DNA from: Eledone cirrhosa | Lineage: Eukaryota | DNA length: 64,000 nt | Assembly (NCBI GenBank): GCA_964016885.1 | Contig: OZ024740.1 | Span: 325,376,001 to 325,440,000 of the forward strand | Direction of reading: 5' to 3' | Shown here: positions 12,759-25,183 of the stretch, piece by piece | How the letters are laid out: every line of letters starts with the position of its first letter | Numbering within the stretch: position 1 is the first letter of the stretch | Notes under the pieces: generated by a model | The model's input: the letters and a program-made list of their open reading frames with translations, nothing else | The model's database searches: none | What the model was told of the DNA's origin: nothing | Program-made: the position numbers and the translations under genes

Positions 12759-15700
12759 AACAATTCTCTTCCAGCGCATCGCCCTCACCACTCCCCGGAG
12801 ACAAGCCTTGTCTATTGTGTCCGCCGGACTCGCGGGGCGGCAAGCGCGTGGGACCCCGTTTGCTCATAATAGTGAGAGATGAGAAAGTTGGGAGAGACAG
12901 AGGCGATGACAGTGGGAGTTTTGATCCTCTGTGTTCGGACCTGGTGTATATGTGAGATGAGGAGGGCGGGAGAGACAGAGGCGATGACAGCGGGAGTTTG
13001 GTTCCTCTGTGTTGGGACATGGTGTATATGTGAGATGAGGAGGGCGGGAGAGACAGGGGCGAAGACAGCGGGAGTTTGTTCCTCTGTGCTGGGACATGGT
13101 GTAAATGAGAGATGGGGAGGGCGGGAGAGACAGAGGCGAAGATAGCGGGAGTTTGTTCCTCTGTGCTGGGACATGGTGTAAATGAGAGATGGGGAGGGCG
13201 GGAGAGACAGAGGCGATGACAGCGGGAGTTTGTTCCTCTGTGCTGGGACATGGTGTAAATGAGAGATGGGGAGGGCGGGAGAGACAGAGGCGAAGACAGC
13301 GGGAGTTTGTTCCTCTGTGCTGGGACATGGTGTAAATGAGAGATGGGGAGGGCGGGAGAGACAGTGGCGATGACAGCGGGAGTTTGTTCCTCTGTGCTGG
13401 GACATGGTGTAAATGAGAGATGGGGAGGGCGGGAGAGACAGAGGCGATGACAGCGGGAGTTTGGTTCCTCTGTGTTGGGACATGGTGTAAATGAGAGATG
13501 GGGAGGGCGGGAGAGACAGAGGCGAAGACAGCGGGAGTTTGGTTCCTCTGTGTTGGGACATGGTGTAAATGAGAGATGGGGAGGGCGGGAGAGACAGAGG
13601 CGATGACAGCGGGAGTTTGGTTCCTCTGTGTTGGGACATGGTGTAAATGAGAGATGGGGAGGGCGGGAGAGACAGAGGCGATGACAGCGGGAGTTTGGTT
13701 CCTCTGTGTTGGGACATGGTGTAAATGAGAGATGGGGAGGGCGGGAGAGACAGAGGCGATGACAGCGGGAGTTTGGTTCCTCTGTGTTGGGACATGGTGT
13801 AAATGAGAGATGGGGAGGGCGGGAGAGACAGAGGCGAAGACAGCGGGAGTTTGGTTCCTCTGTGTTGGGACATGGTGTAAATGAGAGATGGGGAGGGCGG
13901 GAGAGACAGAGGCGAAGACAGCGGGAGTTTGGTTCCTCTGTGTTGGGACATGGTGTAAATGAGAGATGGGGAGGGCGGGAGAGACAGAGGCGATGACAGC
14001 GGGAGTTTGGTTCCTCTGTGTTGGGACATGGTGTAAATGAGAGATGGGGAGGGCGGGAGAGACAGAGGCGATGACAGCGGGAGTTTGGTTCCTCTGTGTT
14101 GGGACATGGTGTAAATGAGAGATGGGGAGGGCGGGAGAGACAGAGGCGATGACAGCGGGAGTTTGGTTCCTCTGTGTTGGGACATGGTGTAAATGAGAGA
14201 TGGGGAGGGCGGGAGAGACAGAGGCGATGACAGCGGGAGTTTGGTTCCTCTGTGTTGGGACATGGTGTAAATGAGAGATGGGGAGGGCGGGAGAGACAGA
14301 GGCGATGACAGCGGGAGTTTGGTTCCTCTGTGTTGGGACATGGTGTAAATGAGAGATGGGGAGGGCGGGAGAGACAGAGGCGATGACAGCGGGAGTTTGG
14401 TTCCTCTGTGTTGGGACATGGTGTAAATGAGAGATGGGGAGGGCGGGAGAGACAGAGGCGATGACAGCGGGAGTTTGGTTCCTCTGTGTTGGGACATGGT
14501 GTAAATGAGAGATGGGGAGGGCGGGAGAGACAGAGGCGATGACAGCGGGAGTTTGGTTCCTCTGTGTTGGGACATGGTGTAAATGAGAGATGGGGAGGGC
14601 GGGAGAGACAGAGGCGATGACAGCGGGAGTTTGGTTCCTCTGTGTTGGGACATGGTGTAAATGAGAGATGGGGAGGGCGGGAGAGACAGAGGCGATGACA
14701 GCGGGAGTTTGGTTCCTCTGTGTTGGGACATGGTGTAAATGAGAGATGGGGAGGGCGGGAGAGACAGAGGCGATGACAGCGGGAGTTTGGTTCCTCTGTG
14801 TTGGGACATGGTGTAAATGAGAGATGGGGAGGGCGGGAGAGACAGAGGCGATGACAGCGGGAGTTTGGTTCCTCTGTGTTGGGACATGGTGTAAATGAGA
14901 GATGGGGAGGGCGGGAGAGACAGAGGCGATGACAGCGGGAGTTTGGTTCCTCTGTGTTGGGACATGGTGTAAATGAGAGATGGGGAGGGCGGGAGAGACA
15001 GAGGCGATGACAGCGGGAGTTTGGTTCCTCTGTGTTGGGACATGGTGTAAATGAGAGATGGGGAGGGCGGGAGAGACAGAGGCGATGACAGCGGGAGTTT
15101 GGTTCCTCTGTGTTGGGACATGGTGTAAATGAGAGATGGGGAGGGCCGGAGAGACAGAAGCGATGACAGTGGGAGTTTGGTTCCTCTGTGCTGGGACATG
15201 GTGTAAATGACAGATGGGGAAGACGGGAGAGACAGAGGCGATGACAGCGGGAGTTTGGTTCCTCTGTGTTGGGATATGGTGTAAATGAGAGATGGGGGGG
15301 GGGACAGAAGCGATGACAGCGGGAGTTTGGTTCCTCTGTGTTGGGACATGGTGTAAATGAGAGATATGGAGGGCGGGAGAGACAGAAGCGATGACAGTGG
15401 GAGTTTGGTTCCTCTGTGTTGGGACATGGTGTAAATGACAGATGGGGAAGACAGGAGAGACAGAGGCGATGACAGCGGGAGTTTGGTTCCTCTGTGTTGG
15501 GATATGGTGTAAATGAGAGATGGGGAGGGCGGGAGAGACAGAGGCGATGACAGAAGGAGTTTGGTTCCTCTGTGTTGGGACATGGTGTAAATGTGAGATG
15601 AGGAGGGCGGAAGAGACAGAGGCGATGACAGAGGGAGTTTGGTTCCTCTGTGTTGGGACATGGTGTAAATGAGAGATATGGAGGGCGGGAGAGACAGAAG

Positions 15701-16137
15701 CGATGACAGCGGGAGTTTGGTTCCTCTGTGTTGGGACATGGTGTACATGAGAGATGAGGAGGGCGGGAGAGACAGAGGTGATGACAGCGGGAGTTTGGTT
15801 CCTCTGTGTTCGGACATGGTGTACATGTGAGATGAGGAGGGCGGGAGAGACAGAGGCGATGACAGCGGGAGTCTGGTTCTTCTGTGTTGGGACATGGTGT
15901 ACATGAGAGATGGGGAGGGCGGGAGAGACAGAGGCGATGACAGTGGGAGTTTGGTTCCTCTGTGTTGGGACATGGTGTACATGAGAGATGGGGAGGGCGG
16001 GAGAGACAGAGGCGATGACAGCAGGAGTTTGGTTCCTCTGTGTTCGGATATGGTGCACATGTGTGTGACTGATATAATAGTAACTTCTTTTTATTTAATT
16101 TGAAATTTTTCTATAAGATTGGACTAACAATTCTCTT
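12759..16137 (+). mobile_element. Candidate 5'-truncated CRE-like retrotransposon with a minisatellite in its 3' UTR
   Basis: 12766-12828 translates LFQRIALTTPRRQALSIVSAG (CRE-type QRI.L.I.RG.A.SI); AACAATTCTCTT direct repeat at 12759-12770 and 16126-16137. Confidence 0.5.
12872..16058. repeat. 78-bp G-rich minisatellite, ~41 copies
   Basis: Unit GAGAGATGGGGAGGGCGGGAGAGACAGAGGCGATGACAGCGGGAGTTTGGTTCCTCTGTGTTGGGACATGGTGTAAAT; identical phase every 780 bp; homogeneous centre, diverged edges, five 77-bp units near the left edge. Confidence 0.98.
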
Positions 16138-17097
16138 TACATGGAATTTAGAGGACATCAACTCGGTAATTATATGTATATGGCTGTGTGTGTTTGTGTG
16201 TGTGTAGATATGGATTTCGTTGCATCTGTGGATCTGTATGTGTTGAATTATATGTGCACATATGTATAAGTTTCAATATCTATACGTGTGTGTATGCAGT
16301 TTCACATGGTAAATGTGTGTCTGTATGTATTTCTGTATGTATATGTGCATGTGTGTATTATGTAGCTATATATGTATATATGTATGTGTGTATATATATA
16401 TGCACGTATGTACACATATATATGTATGTGTGTGTCTATGTATGATTATATATGTATATACATTAGTATTTATGTATGTATATACGTATGTCTGAATGTA
16501 TATATGTATGCTTGTATGTATATATGTATACATAAGTATTTATGTATATACGTATGTGTGTATGTATATATGTATGCTTGTATGTATATATGTATACATA
16601 AGTATTTATGTATGTATATACGTATATTTGTATGTATATATGTATGCTTGGATGTATATATGTATACATATGTATTTATGTATTTATATACGTATGTGTG
16701 AATGTATATATGTATGCTTGTATGTATATATGTATACATAAGTATTTATGTATGTATATACGTATGTTTGTATGTATATATGTATGCTTGTATGTATATA
16801 TGTATACATAAGTATTTATGTATGTATATACGTATGTTTGTATGTATATATGTATGCTTGTATGTATATATGCATACATAAGTATTTATGTATGTATATA
16901 CGTATGTTTGTATGTATATCTGTATGCTTGTATGTATATATGTATACATAAGTATTTATGTATGTATATACGTATGTTTGTATGTATATATGTATGTGTG
17001 TATGTATATATGTATACATAAGTATTTCTGTATGTATATACGTATGTTTGTATGTATATGTGTATGCTTGTATGTATATATGTATACATAAGTATTT

Positions 17098-19094
17098 TTT
17101 CTCTTTCTCTTAATTTCGAGTATATTTTTTTGACCGGCCACCTTCCTGGTGGCAAGGTTGTAAAAGAAAAGAAATTGTCATCCCTTGAATCGCAAGAATG
17201 TTTTGCAAATTTTGAAGGTGCCAGCTATCACAGCAATTTGTAGACTATGAATTAGGGAGCTGCGCTTTTTGTCCGCAAATCCAAGTTCAGTCATACTTTG
17301 GTCCAAGCGGGTTGGTATATAACCCGTAGCACCAATAATGATGGGTATGAAGCTAAAGGTGTATCTTGGATACTGGATTTGTAAACTCCTCCTCAATGGT
17401 CCGTAGATGTCCTCCTTCTCCTGTATTTTTCTGACAACGTTTACATCAAGTGGGCAGCTGATCTCCACAACAGAACACGTTTTCAATGTGTGGTCCCAAA
17501 CTACAATATCAGGCCGGTTGTGCTTTAATTTGGTGGCAGTTTTTATTTTCAGGTTCCACCAGTATTCCTTAGTGCCATCTGTCTCAATATATTCTTCCTC
17601 ATTTGTTGTTAATTTTGTTTTCCGAAGTGCGTTCCAGATGGTTCTAGCTATCCCATCGTGTCTCATGGGGAGGTAGTAGCAAGATGACATTCTTTCGCAG
17701 CTGGCAACACTGTGGCTTACATCCTCGATCTTTGTTTTACATAGCCTACATTTATTGTCAGCTGCTGGCCCTCCTCTTTTGTGCAGCAGATATTTGGTAG
17801 GGAGTTCTTGTTCCTGTATTGCATAGAGATATCCCTCAAGGTGTGATGTCATAAACTAGTCGGAACTCCATGCCAGGCTTTTTGAGTGGTTTATCCCCTC
17901 TATGGTCTGTGTTTTACGCCTCAAGTATCCATGCACAACTTTTTCTGTAAATTGGTCAATTTTTTTATCTTGTTTGAACATTGAATAGGATCTTCCGATT
18001 TCTCTGGGTGAGAGATTTATATCAGGCTTTATTCCATATCTCTCCTCCAGATCAGTCGCTATTCTAATGATATTTCTTTTTTCATGCTCATAAACCTGGG
18101 CAAGATGGTTGCCAACCTTTTTCCTCTGTTGAAGGTGTTGCTTCAGTGTTACTATCCGGGTCTCATATGTTGTTAATATTGATTTTAGACCCCGGCCACC
18201 TTCCTTGCGTGAAAAGTATAGCCTATCCACATCACCATTGATGTTAAAGTTCCCAGTAACACTGAGAAGTTTTCGAGTTCTAACATCCATCTCACTTAGT
18301 TCTTGCAATGACCAGTTCAGTAGGCTAAATGTTGGCGTTAGAATTGGCACAGCATAAGTATTGTGGGCAATGTATTTGTTGTAGGCTGACAGTTCTGATG
18401 ACCATATTTTCTTTACTCTTCTGAGGTATTCAGTTCTGGTTCTCTCCTTATTTATGGGTCCATCATATCTGACATTCTCATCCTGTCCAAGATATCTGTA
18501 GTTGTCACCTGACTGCAGAGGTTGTATTGTCAGGCCGTTCATCTCTAGATTTCTAGAGGAGGGCACAGCTCTTCCACGTTTTACTGCCAAATATGCACAC
18601 TTGGACTCACCAAATTTCATTTTGATGTCGGTTGAAAATTGTGTAATGAGGTCCAATTGTTTCTTGATGTCATTGATATTTGGCCCATACAACTTCAGGT
18701 CATCAACAAAGAAAAGATGGGAGATACTTCTGGGCCCATTTCTTTGTCAACCTTGTTTCCTGAGTAGGTAAGATAGTGGATTCAGTGAGAGAACGAAGAG
18801 TAGCACTGACAAGCTAGCTATCACCCTGAAAGATGCCATTCTGGTAATGTATCTTATCAGTCTTAACTTGCTCCTTCTCACCTCTAAGGATCAAATTGGT
18901 GTACCAGTTCTTGGTCAGGCGTTCAACAGCAGCTGCCAATGGTTGTGGGACTTTAGCTAACTGTAAAGCCTTAATAATCCACCCATAAGGTACACTATCG
19001 AATGCTTTTTGATAGTCCAGCCACACGACAGTCATGTTTCTGCGATTCTTTGTTTTTTCCTGAATCATTTTGTTAGTTAGTAGGTGATCTATGC
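17098..19094 (-). mobile_element. 5'-truncated R4/Dong-clade non-LTR retrotransposon (RT + CCHC + restriction-like endonuclease)
   Basis: WLDYQKAFDSVP, GIFQGDS, HLFFVDDLKLY, R.EGGRGL, CRLC..ED.SH...SC, RHD, NRPDIVVWD..VEISCP..K..EK..Y; AGTATTT duplicated at 17091-17097 and 19095-19101. Confidence 0.92.
17178..19094 (-). pseudogene. Disrupted RT-RLE ORF of the R4/Dong element
   Basis: ORF pieces 18814-19094, 17856-18692, 17178-17852 separated by a GCTA duplication frameshift near 18814 and in-frame stops. Confidence 0.88.
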
Positions 19095-19495
19095 AGTATT
19101 TATGTATGTATATACGTATGTTTGAATGTATATATGTATGCTTGTATGTATATATGTATACATAAGTATTTATGTATGTATATACGTATGTTTGTATGTA
19201 TATATGTATGCTTGTATGTATATATGTATACATAAGTATTTATGTATGTATATACGTATGTTTGTATGCATATATGTATGCTTGTATGTATATATGTATA
19301 CATATGTATTTATGTATGTATATACGTATGTTTGTATGTATATATGTATGCTTGTATGTATATATGTATACATAAGTATTTATGTATGTATATACGTATG
19401 TTTGAATGTATATATGTATGCTTGTATGTATATATGTATACATAAGTATTTATGTATATACGTATGTGTGTATGTATATATGTATGCTTGTATGT

Positions 19496-20129
19496 CAGGT
19501 CACCAGTTGGTGCTACTGGTAACATGTATCCCAGTACAACCTGTCTCATGGTCGGGTCGTTGGCGACTAAACTGGCAACCCCACCAAGGTTTCTTGGTGA
19601 GGAGGGTGACTTTGGACATCCTGCAGGACTAAAAACAAGACCTGTCAAAGGGCAAAGGAGCTCTTAAGAGTCAATGGCCATCCAAAATCACCGGGAGAGA
19701 TGACCCCTTAGCCATTGTCAAGGCAGAATTCTAGGAGAAGGAAAACTCTGATATAACACCTGCAACCCTGATGGTATCCAATGATGTTGACTTGTTCTTC
19801 TTTTTGGTAAATATCATCTTGGTTAAGAGAGTGGGACTGGCTTTGTGCAGTGCCTTTGCTCACTATAAAAGCTTCACGGCACAGGCATTGCTTTATATCT
19901 GGAGATCTCTCTGCACTTGTCCTCACATGGGCCCAGCACTATGTGTCAATAATTGTCCTACCATGGGCCCAGCACTATGTGTCAATAATTGTCACAGGTG
20001 TAGTGTTTGTACCAGAGGTTTCAAGTCGCTGGCTGGACTAAAAAGTCACACTCGTTCAGCGCTTCGGTAGGGGTTATCCTACATGGATGTAAAGTAGTGG
20101 CCGTACTCGAAAACGAGTTGGCAGCCACC
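19496..20129 (+). mobile_element. RTE-derived bipartite non-autonomous element with 12-bp TSD
   Basis: ATGCTTGTATGT at 19484-19495 and 20130-20141; residual terminal zinc finger CSVCTRGFKSLAGLKSHTRS typical of RTE ORF ends; near-identical to 42445-42995. Confidence 0.82.
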
Positions 20130-20995
20130 ATGCTTGTATGTATATATGTATACATAAGTATTTATGTATGTATATACGTATATTTGTATGTATATATGTA
20201 TGCTTGTATGTATATATGTATACATATATATTTATGTATGTATATACGTATGTTTGAATGTATATATGTATGCTTGTATGTATATATGTATACATATGTA
20301 TTTATGTATGTATATACGTATGTTTGTATGTATATATGTATGCTTGTATGTATATATGTATACATAAGTATTTATGTATGTATATACGTATGTTTGTATG
20401 TATATATGTATGCTTGTATGTATATATGTATACATGCATACATATGTGTATATATGACTGTGTATGAGATGATAAATGTTAATTTTCTCTTATGATTTCT
20501 TCAAACGGTCGAGATTCGTAGGAAAGAACAAATAATACAAGAGAACGATGTCCAATGGTGATAATATTAATTGAACCAATCACAGCTTTCTATGATTGTG
20601 TCCAGCAGTTTCTTCGGTGTATATAGGAATGAGTGTACTTTTATCGGCTTGGTAGCTAAAACCCCGGAAAAAAATGGAAGGGCGTTGATAGGGTTGTTTC
20701 GACTGTGCCTTTAATCATGCATGCCAAGTAGTAATGGTGGCCATTTGAGTTCGTATCAGAGAATCACGGACAGCTAGGTGGGAGGAGTACGGGGTGTATG
20801 GAGGGGGTATATAGTATGTAGTGTGTGTGTGTGTGTGTGTGGAGGGGGCGGGGGTATACGGCCTGTATGGGGAGTGGAAAGGCAGAGGAAAGGGAGACGA
20901 GTGATAAAGAGATGGTTGGGGAAATGTAAGGAGTAAAAAAAGAGTAAGAAGAGGGAGATTATACATGGTACTGAAGAAGAGGGGGAAGCTGTAGA

Positions 20996-20996
<1 letters not shown>

Positions 20997-21026
<30 letters not shown>

Positions 21027-21300
21027 AAGAAGAAGAAGAAGAAGAAGAAGGGAGAGGAGGATGGGGGAAGGAGGAGGAGAAGAAGAAGAAGAAGAAGAAG
21101 AAGAAGAAGAAGAAGAAGAAGAAGAAGAAGAAGAAGAATGTGATGATGATGACAATGCTGGTGTCGGTAGTGGTGGTGGTGGTGTCGGTGGTGATGGTGG
21201 TGATGCTGTTGCTGGTGGCGATCTTAGTGCTGTTGATGGTGGTGAAGAGTCGAACGAAGAAGAAGGGGGGGAAGGAGGAGAAAAGGAGGTGAAGGAGGAG
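20997..21300. repeat. (GAA)n/(GGT)n low-complexity tract
   Basis: Direct inspection. Confidence 0.95.
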
Positions 21301-21627
21301 GTAGCAGTAGCGTTTATATTGGCCAGTTCCCACAGGATGGACTTCTGTCCAAAGGTGATGATTAGAAGAGAATTTAAGACTTACATGTGTTAAGAATGTG
21401 GTGGTGGTGGTGGTGCTGGTGCTGGCGGTGGTGTCAGCTTCGGGTGTGTATATGGTGCGGCTATAGGCGATATTTACGGGAAAAATCAAAGGTTTCAAAG
21501 ATCGATAATGTGTTTTAACTCTTTTACTATCACTTGCAAGCCAGTGGGATTACTTTCATTTTGTCTTTTCCTATTTACTTTATGTCTCATATATGTATGT
21601 ATATATATATATATATATATACATATT

Positions 21628-21659
<32 letters not shown>

Positions 21660-21736
21660 CGCGCGCGCACGTGTGCGCATATATACTCAAACGCGCGGAC
21701 ACGCACACGCACACATACATATGTATGTATGTATAT

Positions 21737-21823
<87 letters not shown>

Positions 21824-21828
<5 letters not shown>

Positions 21829-21886
21829 AACGAGTGGGACCCCGAAACGGCTTGAGCTCAGCCGTCGGGGTCCTACTCGTTCCTAT
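21824..21886. repeat. GC-rich near-perfect hairpin abutting (TA)n
   Basis: ATAGGAACGAGTGGGACCCCGA..ACGGCT/AGCCGT..CGGGGTCCTACTCGTTCCTAT. Confidence 0.85.
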
Positions 21887-21963
21887 TACCCACTCTACTA
21901 CCCTAAGTATTGAGTACTTTGGTGCGTTATGGTCCACCTGGTTCCTTACCACATTTCCTTCGT

Positions 21964-22026
<63 letters not shown>

Positions 22027-22956
22027 TACAGAAGCCCTCTTCTTCCTACCTCAATATTTCTACGTTTCAACTCACCTCTATAAGGAAACTACGTTAAAAA
22101 AAATGAATATACCACCCATCAGACAGGGAGTGAAATCTGCATCATTGAGCAAAACATTTATACACAATTAGCGCTAGAATACCTTAACACCACCACTTTA
22201 TATAGTAAGGTTAACAGCAACATTACCCCTAGCCAGCTAGAAGTCACCATTAACACCAGCTTCACTAATATCTGTAACTGCAGAAGTCTCCCATTAAAAT
22301 ACACAAAACAGAACCGCAAATAAAAATGAGACCCAATTGTTTTTGACAAAATTACCTCCCTTTTCCCCAGACTTCTCCAACCTTTCCTTCACACTCTCCC
22401 CGAACACGTACACAGCTCATAAAAAGTAATGAACAGACTAAAAGAACTCCACCACACTTAGAGAGAATAGATATCCATTTAACGTAGTTTCCTCTACACT
22501 TCCGCCTCTCCCAATACATCGACTTTATTACGAACAAAATCATCGCCTCTATCGATCTCAATTTCTTTGGGTTCGCAAATAAATAATAGATTGGATATGC
22601 ACGAAGCAGATTGACTACTTTAACGATTTCGCGCTACGTTTTTTAGACGCATAGGCAAGCTAATCAAAAAACACATCGATCGTTTATTTTTGTTTTGAAC
22701 TGTTTTTATTTCACATATAAAAAGAGGTTATAACCCTAAAACATGTGTTGAAATATATTGTGTAAAGCATTTTGTTTTGTTTTATTTGCTGTCCTTTGTC
22801 CTTTACATGTTTCTAGCACATTGTACCGGCATTTTGAAACTTAGTCTTTTATTACATACATATGTTTTGAAACAGCGAGCGAGTTTGAAATTAGAAATAG
22901 AAGCTTTCGCCGTATTTTTGACTAAAGAAATTTTAGCCTGATAAATTTATTTAGTC

Positions 22957-22988
<32 letters not shown>

Positions 22989-23022
22989 GTATATATATAT
23001 ATGTATGTATGTATGTATTTAG

Positions 23023-23107
<85 letters not shown>

Positions 23108-23168
23108 TGTATGTATGTATGTATGTATGTATGTATGTATGTATATATGTATGTATGTATGTATTTAG

Positions 23169-23239
<71 letters not shown>

Positions 23240-23440
23240 TGTATGTATGTATGTATGTATGTATGTATGTATGTATGTATGAAATTACTTTAGAAATATA
23301 CAGTCACACACACACACACACACACACACATATGTGTGTGTGTGTGTGTAAAATGTAAAAATAAATACAAATAACAAAACAAACAACACAGTACATGGAA
23401 TAAATATATTAGTTTAACGCTTGAAATGGCAGGAAGAGAG

Positions 23441-23476
23441 ACTTACCGTTTCGGACACTAGTCTTTCATCAGAATA
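23441..23476 (-). ncRNA. Slightly degenerate minimal hammerhead motif (10489 family)
   Basis: Minus strand CTGATGA-AAGAC(TAGT)GTCC-GAAAC-GGTA. Confidence 0.6.
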
Positions 23477-23570
23477 TAGAGTTAGAAATAGAAGATAAAT
23501 AGAAAGTAAAGAGTGATAAAAGGAAGGAACGGGCATATTCAGGGCCATATAAATATATATACATATGTAT

Positions 23571-23646
<76 letters not shown>

Positions 23647-23700
23647 GCGTGTGTGTGTGTGTGTGTGCGTGTGTGTGCGTGTGTGTGCGTGTGTGTGCGT

Positions 23701-23840
<140 letters not shown>

Positions 23841-24193
23841 GTGTGTGTGTGTGTGTGAGTGTGTGTGTGTGTGTGAGTGTGTGTGTGTGTGTGTGTGAAA
23901 CACGCACCAGAGTACTCAACACTTTGGGTAGTAGAGTGGGTAATACGAAAATATAAATATATATATACATTTATATATATATATATATATTAAAAACAGT
24001 GTTTGTCCCAATGTTTTCTTCGTTAATATCTCCCATCTTCCTATCTTCATGATTGGGCGGATTTCTAAAGGGTTTTAATACCTACATACGTACCTACATA
24101 CATACATCCACACATGCATACATTCATTCGCACATAGAGACTTACATATTTATACCCATACAAGTATACTTACTTATATACATACATAAATAT

Positions 24194-24297
<104 letters not shown>

Positions 24298-24718
24298 ATG
24301 TATATATGTATGTATATAAGTATGTATGTATGTGTGTATGTATGTATTTCTATCTTAATGTTTCTCAGACTATTTTCTTATTATTCAAATCAAAATTATT
24401 AATATTTTCTACAGGAATTATTAAGTGAAATGAATCGTATTTTCAGAGTTTTTGTCGAGTAATTCTGCCGTATATATTGGATAACTATTCTTCTTATATA
24501 TATATATATATATATAATTTTAGTTTCCCATTAGTGAAAAAGATTAAATATATATTTGCAGAAAATAATAGAACTTTATGTATATATGTAGGTATGTAAG
24601 TATAATCATACATATAAAAATATATAAACGATTATATATATATATAGATATATATATATAGATATATAAACGATTATATATATATATAAACGATTATATA
24701 TATATATATATATAAACG

Positions 24719-24761
<43 letters not shown>

Positions 24762-24830
24762 TACATATATTTATATATATATATCTATATATTCACATTA
24801 CATATATATATATTTATATATATATAAACG

Positions 24831-24872
<42 letters not shown>

Positions 24873-24876
24873 TTAC

Positions 24877-24943
<67 letters not shown>

Positions 24944-25064
24944 AAAATAATCAGAAGAATTTGAAAAGAATGGTAATATCAATGAAGAAACACAATGAAA
25001 AACTTTCAGAAAATGAAATCAAATCACAATGAGGGAGATGGAGGGGGTGGGGTAAATGGAGGAA

Positions 25065-25182
<118 letters not shown>

Positions 25183-25183
25183 T

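Larger units (their letters stand above)
16465..20435. repeat. 70-bp tandem repeat built from degenerate ATGT, interrupted by two insertions
   Basis: Unit AGTATTTATGTATGTATATACGTATGTTTGTATGTATATATGTATGCTTGTATGTATATATGTATACATA in blocks 16465-17097, 19095-19495, 20130-20435. Confidence 0.95.

Noticed and set aside
12872-16058. CRISPR-like array
   Set aside because: Units are contiguous and near-identical with no unique spacers; eukaryotic context; no cas genes
12812-16060. 1082-aa and 1064-aa ORFs as protein genes
   Set aside because: Both are frames of a 78-bp tandem unit, swap frames at 77-bp units, and have no unique domain or splice context
19496-19590. HDV-like ribozyme at the 5' end of the RTE-derived element
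   Set aside because: Some RTE 5' UTRs carry one and a TCG/CGA-CTAA-ACTGG segment is suggestive, but I could not build P1/P3/L3; needs an RNArobo HDV descriptor search
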